Origin: Octopus sinensis
Taxonomy: Eukaryota
Assembly (NCBI RefSeq): GCF_006345805.1
Contig: NW_021831286.1
Span: 186,001 to 250,000, forward strand
DNA: 64,000 bases
Direction of reading: 5' to 3'
Shown here: in pieces, positions 25,382-36,137 of the stretch
How the letters are laid out: every line of letters begins with the position of its first letter
Position numbering within the stretch: the stretch's first letter is position 1
Notes under the pieces: model-generated
Told to the model about the DNA's origin: nothing
The model's database searches: none
What the model saw: only the letters and a program-made list of their open reading frames with translations
Translations under genes and position numbers: made by a program

Positions 25382-26358
25382 TTAGTGAGTGTCCTGATCA
25401 GTCTTATCCTCCATCTCTTTGTCGTTCTAAGAATGACCAAACGTGAATACATCGGACTGCTGTTCAGACTGAGGGAGATCTACAATATCACAACATTCCT
25501 AATACTGTTTTGGAGAGACATTTGAATGGCCATCAGCAATTGAGCATCCTCGTCCATTTCGTCCACATTAGACTCAGTCTGCACTCCTGAAATATATCAG
25601 AGAAGAACTACTTTGCTGATCCATCATGGAGGCTCGGATAGCCATCATCAAATCGGGGTCATCCTCCAATTCCATATTGGAAGACATTCCTTCAGGTCGT
25701 TGGATCATTATCGGAGAGGAATGAACCGCTTCTTTCACATTTCTGGAAGGTGGAACGTGAAGTAAATGACTGGTCTCATCATTGGAGAATCTGTCCATAA
25801 AAGAATCAAGAATATCAATATTTCTGGGCTCAACATTAACTATATCCAGAGATATTCCATTTTTCCGAACTCGCTTGTATAATCCCAACAGCTAAACTCT
25901 GTGAGTAGAACAAACCTCATTCTCCGTGTCGGTGATGAGACTACCCACAAATACGATAATTCTAGGCCGATGAGAGGCGTTTGGACGGTTCTGGACAGAC
26001 AGCTGAAAATGGAAATATTCAGACATACACAGGCCAAATAGAGGGACTTTACAAAATTGGAAGTACCAGCAGGTTTAAGTGACTGGAGACGACTATTGAC
26101 AAGAGGCATGCTGTCAGTCAGCGTGATGTGTAATTTGCCACCACTGAATGTGATATATGTGCAAAATTACAGTGAAATTAGTCCGATTGTGTTTTCGTGT
26201 CGAGCGTGGAGAGTGGAGTTAGCAATAGACCCAGCTGCTTCAACCACTGCTTCAAGACGAGAAGGGTTATAGTCACTGTTTATCATTACACAACTAGAAT
26301 CCACGCTAGAATTCAATATTATTATTTCGTACCACAAATACAAGCTCTCGATCGACAT
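25382..26358 (-). CDS. PSMD4: 26S proteasome ubiquitin receptor Rpn10
   Basis: vWA: VDSS..MINSDYNPSRL, ENTIGLISL, RIIVFVGS, LDIVN, SHLLHVPP; UIMs EDDPDLMMAIRASMMDQ and DEDAQLLMAIQMSL; micro-introns. Confidence 0.9.
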
Positions 26359-26858
26359 ACCACAGCACCTGATATTTTATTTAAAAATATATTTTCAGCA
26401 TAATTCAATATTTTAATAAGAATTTTGTAATATAAACTCTACGAAAAGACCTAATATTAGAATATTTCTCATATTGACAGACACGTGTTAGAAGCGATTT
26501 TTTTTAATTTATCAATTTTTTGGATGATTAATTACTCGTTAATGATTTATATTTTATTCGATATAATTCAACGGTGCTTGAAATGAGGTTCAATCGTTCC
26601 GTTTCTATATTCATCTGCCCTCGACAAATGTTTAAAAATGTTGTTTTAACAAATAAAAAAAATGCCTTGAAAAAACTAAAAGAACCAAAAATTGTTACGT
26701 AATTTTCAAGTTATAAAAATTTTAGAATCAACGTCAGTTTTCTTATAAGTCGACTCAGAAAAATCTTGGAAAAAGACTTTTCAAATGGGAATTTCAAATT
26801 TTTGTATTATCAAGACAGTTTTTTGAAACTAGTACTATTAGAATGATCTATTATTCAG

Positions 26859-27510
26859 ATGCCGAGAGAAATGGAATGCACAAATACAATATCGACGCTT
26901 TTAACTCTCATTGACGACTCCTCTATTTACGTGGTGCCCACCGCGGGGTTTATTTGCTACGAAAATGAAACTAACAATCCACTTTCAGTTGTTGGTGAAT
27001 CCAATTTATTAGGACACGACAAATTTGAGTTCATCTCTAAAAAATAAAAAGCATGAATTGGAACAAAATGAACTTACAAGTAAACTAGAGGACACTAATA
27101 ACCCACCAGTCGTCGAAAATGGTAAGTTTAGTTTTATACATTAGAAATGCTTTTGTGGAAGCGAATGTTCAAACGAGAGTTTATGAAGACACAAATAAAC
27201 ATTTATAGAAAAGATTCGGCTAAAAATGAATATAAAAAACTGTGTTTAGAAATCAATGAAAAATTCAAAAGTCAACAGAAAGTCTCTTTATGAAATTTGA
27301 TTTTAGAATGATATTTTTGACACGATCAACGAAGTTAAAAAAATCAAAGAAAAAGTCATTCAGTCCAAAAAAGAACTTGAAAAAAAGCGAATGGTATCAA
27401 GTGCTTATATTTTTGTTTAGCTAATAAAAGATGAGTCTAAAACAATTAAAGAACTGCAAAGGTCACTTCGAAAACTTAAATTTATACTTGGCGACCCTAT
27501 CAGCATATAA
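26859..27510 (+). CDS. Hypothetical coiled-coil protein
   Basis: Four GT-AG introns of ~22-27 nt splice into one frame ending ...KKELEKKRMLIKDESKTIKELQRSLRKLKFILGDPISI*; no family recognised. Confidence 0.55.
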
Positions 27511-27930
27511 TTGTGAGATTTGGTCATTTTATTATGTTTTTCTGACAGGAAGTTTAACCACTATTGTTTTTTATAGTAATAGCAGCATTAGGAAAAAGGT
27601 CGATTTTTCCTTTTATTTTCCGTGTCTGTTTTTAAAAAATTGTGAAATTAAAAAAAATGTTATATTTTCGATATTTTTTAGCTCTAAGGTTTCACAAATG
27701 AATTAATCATTCAATATTGAATTTATTGTGGTTACACATTTTGATTAAACATTACAACGTGATTCCATCAAACCGCAGCATAAACATACCATTGTCATAG
27801 CAATAAATTGTCAAAAATCAATTCCTATTTGTTTTGAAATAAGATCGTTTAAAATTCATTTTGTACGTAGTTATTCGTGGATTGCTAAGCGATAAACATT
27901 ATCGAATGCTTTCTGAATGTTCAGATAGAT

Positions 27931-28122
27931 TATTATTATTATTAGACGCACTTTCGCGATGCCATGGATCATGACAAAGCTTGTGCGGCACATAAGATCA
28001 AGACAGAGAGAGAACATGTTATTGAGAAACAAGCTAATCCAAACGAAGAGAATCCAAACGAAGAAGTGTGTCTCTGCTCCATCTATTTTTCTTTTGTGCT
28101 GTGGCTGTTTCTGCTCCATCTA
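27931..28122 (-). mobile_element. SINE family B copy (5'-rearranged) with (TAA)n tail
   Basis: 12-bp TSD GTTCAGATAGAT at 27919-30 and 28123-34; core CTTCGTTTGGATTAGC...CTGTCTTGATCT shared with 46224-46384. Confidence 0.8.
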
Positions 28123-28928
28123 GTTCAGATAGATATAATAAAAAAATTTCGATTTTATAGCCATATCGTTTTTTGAAAAATTGTGACTAATGGTAAATAA
28201 ACTTCAAATTGTAAACGAAAATGTTCACAATTCGGATGGCACTGCATTCACCCATACTCGACGTTCGGGCTGGAAAAGTTAAGTGTTAAACTCGCGCAAT
28301 GTCCCTACGCTTTCCGACAGTGAACAGTCTTAATGGCAGTCCGCGCTCGTTTAAAAGACAGCAAATTTTTAGAATATATGTATCTTTAGTAAATTGGAAG
28401 AAAGAACTGGATCGGAAAGCATCAAACGAAATATCCATAAGAATTCTGATGCTTAAAGTCTTGCACCGAAATTTCTTGTTTTGATTTATCGGCTTAAAGA
28501 TGTTCAATGATTTGCTAAAATAACACTAATTAGTTACAGTAAAAATAGATAAGTCTCATGCATTGGCAATATATTTTGACTTTTTTAGTGCTATATATCT
28601 CTGGAAGGTTGAAGGTTCAGATACAGTGAAAAAATCTCGACTTTTATTATAGAAAACATGCAATATTTCTATGTATGTTGTGGTCAGAATCAAAATTTTT
28701 GTTACAATTCTATTATGACATAAAAATGTACTCAACTACAGTGACGGTACATGATAGTTAAACAATTGGAAATTTATACAGAAAGTGAATCTTACCATAT
28801 ATAATTTTTGAAATAATTAATGAGCAAAATTATTTCCCCATTCTCTTAACCAATGTAATTCGGATTCTGACTTGGTAAAGTTGTAATCTATTTGAAAAAA
28901 GGCCATTTATTGATTTTTGTTGATAAAT

Positions 28929-29035
28929 ACAGTAAAACCTCTCGAATCCACTGCTTCTCGAATCCGCTTGTTTTAGTCAAAAATGTTGAATTTCCTATGG
29001 AAGATTCTCGAATCCGCCTGTTTCTCGAATCTATG
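28929..29035 (+). mobile_element. Solo pogo/Tigger-like terminus
   Basis: TA|CAGTAAAACCTC followed by four TCTCGAATC motifs; no partner end found. Confidence 0.5.
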
Positions 29036-29284
29036 CCAAACAAAGACGCTATTCTAATGTAGAGATTGGCATTTTGTAAAATACTCAACTGGACTGGAAC
29101 AGGGGAATATCACTGTATGATAAGATTTGAAAAGATGATAAATAAATTTAGAGGTGATTTTGAGCATCCTATAAAATATCAAAAATAACAAATAAACAAA
29201 TTATTAAACATAGATTACTATTAGAATTTTATTTATAACTTTTAAAATATTTTGTGGTTAATTTTAACGGTTTTGTGGAGTCTC

Positions 29285-29569
29285 ATGCTGAATGAAAATG
29301 AGTTGCTCGATTTGAGTGTCCGGGAGTTTAACGAAATGCTGAAATCTATCCCACCCGAAACTGCTGACCACCTGAAGTACCGAAGGAGAGTTCTCAAAAA
29401 TAGAAAATATGCATCAGATTCTCGTTCGAGAAAATCGGAATTTATCGTCAGTCTTGAAGCACAAAAAAATTCTCTTTTGACTGAAATTTCAAAGTTGGAA
29501 CAAGAAATTGAAATGCAAAAAATGAAAATTACTTTTCTAAAGGAAATTTTAGATAAAAATAAATATTAA
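29285..29569 (+). CDS. Small Maf-like bZIP transcription factor (intronless)
   Basis: ELLDLSVREFNEMLK (Maf extended homology region), LKYRRRVLKNRKYA, heptad zipper LE...LL...LE. Confidence 0.85.
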   Translation: MLNENELLDLSVREFNEMLKSIPPETADHLKYRRRVLKNRKYASDSRSRKSEFIVSLEAQKNSLLTEISKLEQEIEMQKMKITFLKEILDKNKY

Positions 29570-29887
29570 TTCTTCTTTTATATACACAATCTATTCAGTT
29601 CACTGTTATTTAATGGGAATTTTGATATATACAAATTTTAAGAATTAACTATAACGAAACTTTTGCAATTTGAATAAAAAATATCGTCTAAAATCGAATA
29701 GATTATGTTTAAATGATTCCTGTCTTATTTTAGAAGAACAATACGATTTGAAACTCTTTCATTAAACATAAAAAATTATAAAATTATTTTGGATTTTTTA
29801 ATGCAGAAACACGTGATTAGAAATGATATAATCAACGATCAGTTGTTATGGATGCTGAAAAATTCAGTAATTAAATGATGCTATAGA

Positions 29888-30960
29888 TCAGGAATGTCAA
29901 AGATACGGCCCGCGGATCGTGTCTTAAGCCGATTACATTTTCAAATAAGAAATTCGCCATATTTTATAGAATTTTTATTTTATTTAAAGACCAAACACGG
30001 GTAAGCCAGTTAATTATTATAATCCCCGTAACCCCCGATTCAAGCGAGGGAGATCCTACTGAAAGGTTCGATCCTGCCCAATGAACGGCCTGAGACGACG
30101 ATGTCCCAAGGGTCAGAGTTCTAGAAGTCCTTTTTTCGGTAGGCATTAAGTGCCTCCTGAGCGTTGCCATATCCGATTGGAAGTTCCAACTGACATGGTG
30201 GACCCCATAACGCCACGCTAAGACTGGAAGGAAGGTAAGAGATCCCCATTTTTCAACTGTGTCGTACCAGAAGTACTCGTTGCCTCACGGGCAGGGGAAC
30301 GATAACGAGAATTGACTTCCGGATGAAAACTAGCCTTTTTCAGAATCGAACTCACGACTGTCCGGATCCATTATCCATAGCTTAGTCTTTAGCCATTATA
30401 TTTTATAGAATAGAAAAATCAAAAAGATTTAACCCTATTTTTATAAAAAACATTTTTAAATTAGAATATTCAATTTTAAAAATCTCATTTATATTAAAGA
30501 AATGTTTCTTAAGCTGCTGTCGATTATTTGTAATAAAAACTCACCACAAATTTATTCGCTTCAATAATCTTTACTTAAATGAATAATTTACCGAAAATAA
30601 TATTTCCGTTTAAAAAAGAGGAATTCATAATCAACAACTCTGAGCAGTATTCGAAAAGTATATAAAAATGTCTTTAAAAAATTGATAGACTTGAGACTGA
30701 TTTAAAAAATGGGACTTTCTGATTACAGTGAAAAAGTGTACATCGTTCGGCAATCTAATTTAAAACCTGAAAATTTGAGAAGTTTAAAACAAATTTCGAT
30801 TTGTTTAAAGCAGGGGTCGGAAAAAACAGGCTATCAAGGCATGTTTCATTAAAACCACGTGAACAAAGTTTTTCGCACATGAATTATATAAAATCGAAAT
30901 TAAGAAACAGAATTACATATTCAAATCTGGAGTCTAACCTCAGGTTAAAATCAACGAATT
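29888..30960 (+). pseudogene. Decayed hAT remnant interrupted by a SINE
   Basis: hAT-like end CAGGAATGTCAAAGATACGGCCCGCGG at ~29888; FSHMNYIKSKLRNRIT..LESNLRL at ~30870-30950. Confidence 0.5.
29972..30397 (-). mobile_element. tRNA-headed SINE family A, copy 1
   Basis: 13-bp TSD ATATTTTATAGAA at 29959-71 and 30398-410; A-box-like TGGCTAAAG, B-box GAGTTCGATTC; A-rich tail; alignable over its whole length with 60150-60547. Confidence 0.88.
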
Positions 30961-31019
30961 AGCCAACTCACCAAAGAAACGAGGTCCAGTCACAGGTCCA
31001 GTCACAGTCACACCTCAAT

Positions 31020-31540
31020 CGTGTATGTGATTGGCTATCTGCAAACATGTTGTGTGTGTCTGCATCTAAATCCCAATTCACCCTCTTCACTACTGATAGA
31101 AGATTCAAGGATGGACCGGAACTATTCATTGGAGACAATCCTATTCCCTCTTCGCGTACCCAGAAGATCCTTGGCGTAGTTTTCGACTCCTAAATGACGT
31201 TCTCAAGTCACGTAGAGGAGGCTCTAGCTAAAGGTCTTCGAAAGTGGAACGTTTTGAAAGCGCTGTTAAAGAAGAGTCCCTTCCCCCTGAAAGATTGTGT
31301 CAGCAAGGTCTATACCAACAAGTGATTGCCCCGACGGTTGAGTATGCCTGCTCAGCCTGGAGGTTTGCAATTGTTTGTTCAAAGCGGAACTTTTGAACTT
31401 ACTCAGAAGGAAGATTATGCTCCACACTGACACCTCATTTGGCAGCCTTGCTTCCGAGGAGGCGACGCGAAAGAATGGACAGGGTTTCCTACGTTTTTGC
31501 AAAGAATTGGGAAAGGAAAAGGTGGCCCATGCAGTTAATA
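31020..31540 (+). pseudogene. Jockey/I-like LINE RT C-terminal fragment
   Basis: DWLSANML.VSASKSQ, TQKILGVVFDS*MTFSSHV..LKAL. Confidence 0.7.
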
Positions 31541-32162
31541 AATAAGAAACGAGGAATCAAATTTCTCATTAATGCGTCTAATTAATTTTATTTTGTTTAA
31601 TGAATTCTTAATCATTTTTAATGAATGTCTAATTAATTTTATGAATTTGAATTTTTGATTTGGACAAGTGGATAAAAGGAGGCTCTTCAATTTATCGAAA
31701 TTTCCAAAATGTTTAAAATTTGCATTTTTCCAAAAGTATTTGCTAACCCCTGGTTTAGGGGATAAATCTCCCCAAGCTATTTTTTTAAATAGAACACTGT
31801 CTTTAAGGTTCAAATGTTTATATGATTCATATACCGACATCTTTAACTTTTTAATTGTCTTTGTAGAATACTTTTAGGGACACAATCCTCTGATTTGATT
31901 ATTATTGATACAGCCATGTAGTGAGAACTAGTGGACGACATAGTCCTTTATTTGGTTAACCATTTTGTTGACTTAATCCAATTCCTATATTGAAAATATT
32001 CTTAAATTGTTTTTAATCCATAATTTATCGAATATATTCTTAAATTGTTTTTAATCCATAATTTATCTGACGGGAATTCTCCCAATTTTTAAACCTTTCC
32101 CCGACATTAAACAGTCTATCAAAAAACAATAAATTCAAAAAACAAGACAAAATAACAAGAAA

Positions 32163-33001
32163 TCAACAATCAGTAGTTTTAAAGTGATGTTCATCAATAG
32201 TCGAGTAAATGTATCCCTCCTCACTCAGAAGATCAACTGCCTCACTAACAGACTAGTCTACTTATGACTACCTCAATGAACTGGTCCCCACACCCCTCAA
32301 CTGCCTCTGCAATGCACTAATATGTATTCCTTGCTCATCCTTGTTGTTCCGAATGGCCTCCATGACCTGCTGTTGAAGAACACTGAGCCCTCCATGGACA
32401 AACGACTCATTAGACTTGACAGCCATCTTCTTAGAGGTGACCTCCTTAGGGGGACGACTGAGAGACATATGGGAGTGAATGACTTCAGCAATGTGCATAG
32501 TGATCTCATTAATATCCACAACAGGCACAATCCTGAAGGCCACCACACTCTTCAAAGAGGAAAATGAACGAATATTGCCAAAAACTCTCACATATTGTCC
32601 CTCGTGATGAAGAGTGGATATATTGTCCTGTTTTGGGGGATTGGAAGGTACCTCGATATCCACAAATAGTTTGACTTGAATTGAGTATCCGCTGTGGTCG
32701 TCCAAGTCATAATCAACTCGGGAAGGGGACTCCTTTACGTTCTTTATTAGTCCGATGATTGTGATTTGAGATAGTTCCACATTCCCTATAACGAATCGGT
32801 CGTCTATTTGGTTTGATAACATTAATTGGGCTATTGAACAAGGCACCAATGTTTGTGAACGATTTTTTGTCTATTTTTGATTTTTTAAGAATACTTTTTT
32901 GTCAACTGGGGAACCAAAAGCCTTGGTTTCGCCGAGATCTGAACCAAAACTTGCATCTATTTATTTATTTGATTTTTTGGCTAACCAGCCACATTCCACA
33001 T
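32163..33001 (-). CDS. RPA2: Replication protein A 32-kDa subunit
   Basis: MWN start, VPCSIAQL, ITIIGLIK, LDDHSG, YVRVFGNIRSF, VAFRI.PV.DINEITMHIAEVIH, and the C-terminal winged helix LSEEGYIYSTIDEHHFKTT. Confidence 0.93.
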
Positions 33002-33139
33002 CCCGCAATTGAAATTTTATTTTATTAATTGAATATAATTTGTTTGATTTAAAAACATATTAAATAAAATTTTTATGAAAATAAATATTAACGATTTATA
33101 AGGATGAAATTAAATCAAGCAACATTAAAAAGGCAAAAT

Positions 33140-35923
33140 TATTATTATTAATAAACACACCGCAAAATAAAGTTATCTCGCTTGTGCCACCCTCTCCTGG
33201 ATGCGTTTTGTTAATCGCTTCCAAGTCCCTCTGTTCCTTGATAGTTCTCTCAAGTGCTCAAGATCGTCTGCTGATTTCAGCCTTTTTCCAATCAAAGTTA
33301 GGTCCTGGTGCAGGAGGGTTGGTAGAGTGATTCGTGGTCTTCTTGGAAGTTTGTTCCCGGGTGGGGGGCGTAGTGGTGTTCTATTGCGATATTTGCACTA
33401 ATTTTCCTCTCCATTCTTGCTTCTTATTTCTTTGTCCAACGGGTGTGCATTGTATCTGGAGTAGAGATGTTTGTTTGAAATCCGTTTTGGCCAAAAGATT
33501 CCTAGGATGTATTTTAGCTGCATTCTGTGGAAGGAATTGAGATTTTCCATTTTCTGCACTGTGAGTTCCCAAGAGAGTGCCAAGTTTCTTTATATGCCTC
33601 CATTTTTCCTCGTGTCGTTCGTCACATCGCCTCACTATAGTGTATTTTGTTTTCTCAGTGTTAATTTTTAGGAATGATTTTTCAAAAGTGTTGGCCAATT
33701 TGTCCATAGTACCTTCTAGTTGGCGATCTGTTGCCGTGAAATCTATGTCATCTGCAAAGATGACTTCTGTAATATGTCTGGGGATATTATTCCTGACATT
33801 TCGTAGGGTCGCCTGCAGATATACGATGAATGAGACTGGGGATAAGGCGTCTCCTTGGAAGGTGCCCTTGTTTGTTTCAAATACCCTGGATTTCTGTTTT
33901 CCAAGCTGGATAAATAGTTGAGTGGAGGAGAGTAGGTAACAAATTATTCTGATGCAATCTTCGTCGAGTAGTGGCGTTAATATTTGTATCATCTTAATTC
34001 TACTGATTGAGTTAAATGCTTTAGATAGGTCGATTCCCATTATGTGGTACTCTTCTTTATATTTTTGGCATGAAGCACACATCCATTTGTGGCTCCAAAC
34101 AGCATCGAAAGTTGATCTTCCAGAGACAAACCCACTTTGGCTGGGTCCGATAAATTCACGTAGTGGGCCTTTAATTCTCTCCAAAGCAATTAGTGATAGA
34201 ATTTTACGAAGTGAGTTGAGCTGAGGTTGGTGACGTTTCGGTTGAGGTTGGTGACGCACCTCAAATTGCACTAATGTCTTTTTCACCTTTCTCAAACTCT
34301 CTGTTCATGCTAGCATCCTTCAACGCTCGAGGGCTAAAGTCGTCGGTCAAAAGGAGGTCACCCTGCTAGGATCTGAAAAGATACAACATCACTATCTGCT
34401 GCCTGCAAGAGACCAAAGTCAAAGAAGGACTAAATGAACAAAATGCTGATCATGAGCTTATCTTGCTCCCCTCGGACTGTCACCATTACGGAATGGGGTT
34501 CGCGGTGGATATCAGACTTCGGGAATATATAAAAAGAATATGGAAAGTAAATGACAGAATCTGCGTAATTCAATTGGAAACTGGATCTAAATCGACAATT
34601 ACAATTATAAATGTATATGCACCTACTTCTCCAAGAGTCTCTAAAAACCAGACGGAACTGGATGACCTTTATAGTTCACTCTACGACCCTTATGGAAATA
34701 TCCACGAGCTATCTACTCTACATAAGCGGAGACTGGAACGCAAAGATCGGAAAAGGGACAAAGAACTGAGTTTTATAGGTACCCATGGGAGAGGTTGGAG
34801 GAACATGTCTGGGGCAACTATGGCCAACTTCGCAAACAATAAAAAATTATTCATTTGCAACACAGCATTCCAACATGCTGCAAGGCATATCACGACCTGG
34901 ATCGGAGAGCGCAGAAACTCAGACGGACACTCAATCAAAATATATAACCAAATTGACTACATACTTTGCCAACAATCACAGAAAGCTTTACTCTGTGACG
35001 CCAGAACATATGGAGGAACGGTAACATTGAGTGACCATAAACTATTGGTAATCAAACTTCTCCTAAAGAGAAGATTTTGGATTAACAGAGTCAAAAACAG
35101 ACACAGAGAAGCCAGATTAGCAGTCGAACGCTTAAGAAACTATCCTGTCTACTGAAATAACTACTCAGCTAAAATATCACAAACCATAGAATCGATCAAT
35201 CTCAATTTATATGGAATAAACTCAAAAACAAAATAAAATCAGTGGCAAAACATACGATTGGGACAATTCCCAAAACCTTCAAAGGAATACACGACCCGCA
35301 AATAGATTACCTCTCTCATATACAAAAGGATCTACGTATCAAACACATAAATACCCAAAACCAAGTGAAAACAGCTGAGTTCAAAATTCAAAGAAACAAA
35401 ATCATGCGAGAAATCAAGAAAAAATGTCAGAAAAACTACAAAACAAGGCTCAAAACCTTGCAAATGAAGTGGGGAAGTACAAAAACGAAGCGCAAATGTT
35501 TGCATCTGTAAAGATGCTAACGCGAAAAAAGAAATCGGAAACCTAACAATTCATGATGAACTCGGAAGAACGATTTACAACAACCAGGAACGCACAGACA
35601 CTATAGCCGACCACTATTGAAAAATATTTCAATTTTGAAAACGAAGAAACGCTTTACCCTTTCGATGGAGCGCCCAGAAAACTATCTAAAGAAATCACCT
35701 TATCGGAACTTAAAAAATCTCTGTCCAAACTAAACAACTAAAAAGCTCCAGGTCCAGATAATGTTAATGCAGAGCTCATGAAATATGCTCCTGAAGAGCT
35801 CCAAAAACTTATTGCTTACATCCTGAACAAAACTTTTGAAGAACACTCCAAAATTAACATCGGAATCAGAAAGTTAATCCCCTTACATAAACCCAGGAAG
35901 GAAATAGGAAAGCTAAACAGCTT
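33140..35923 (-). mobile_element. RTE-like LINE with inverted 5' segment (APE plus RT start on +, 34221-35923; remaining RT plus tail on -, 34220-33140)
   Basis: APE SFNARGL, LQETK, NVYAPT, NQIDYI, SDHKL on +; RT QSGFVSGRST, IDLSKAFNS, QGDALSP, FADD on -; (TAA)n tail; 11-bp TSD AAAGGCAAAAT at 33129-39 and 35924-34. Confidence 0.92.
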
Positions 35924-36137
35924 AAAGGCAAAATAATTTGAAAAATTTAGATTTGGACGAAATCTATTTTTATTCTATTATATCGCCTCTAAAACAACAG
36001 TTTTAATTTTTATTATTTAAATTAATTTACAAAATAGTAAAAATAATTAAATGAGTTGTACTTTTCATTAAGCTTCCTTGTGGTCTCCTTCTTCCTACAC
36101 ATTTATTTATAACATTTCTTTGTAATAATAATTGAAA

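Noticed and set aside
29964-30170. ORFs 29964-30170 and 60276-60458 as a small conserved protein
   Set aside because: They lie inside SINE A and diverge by frameshift between copies, so they are not protein-constrained
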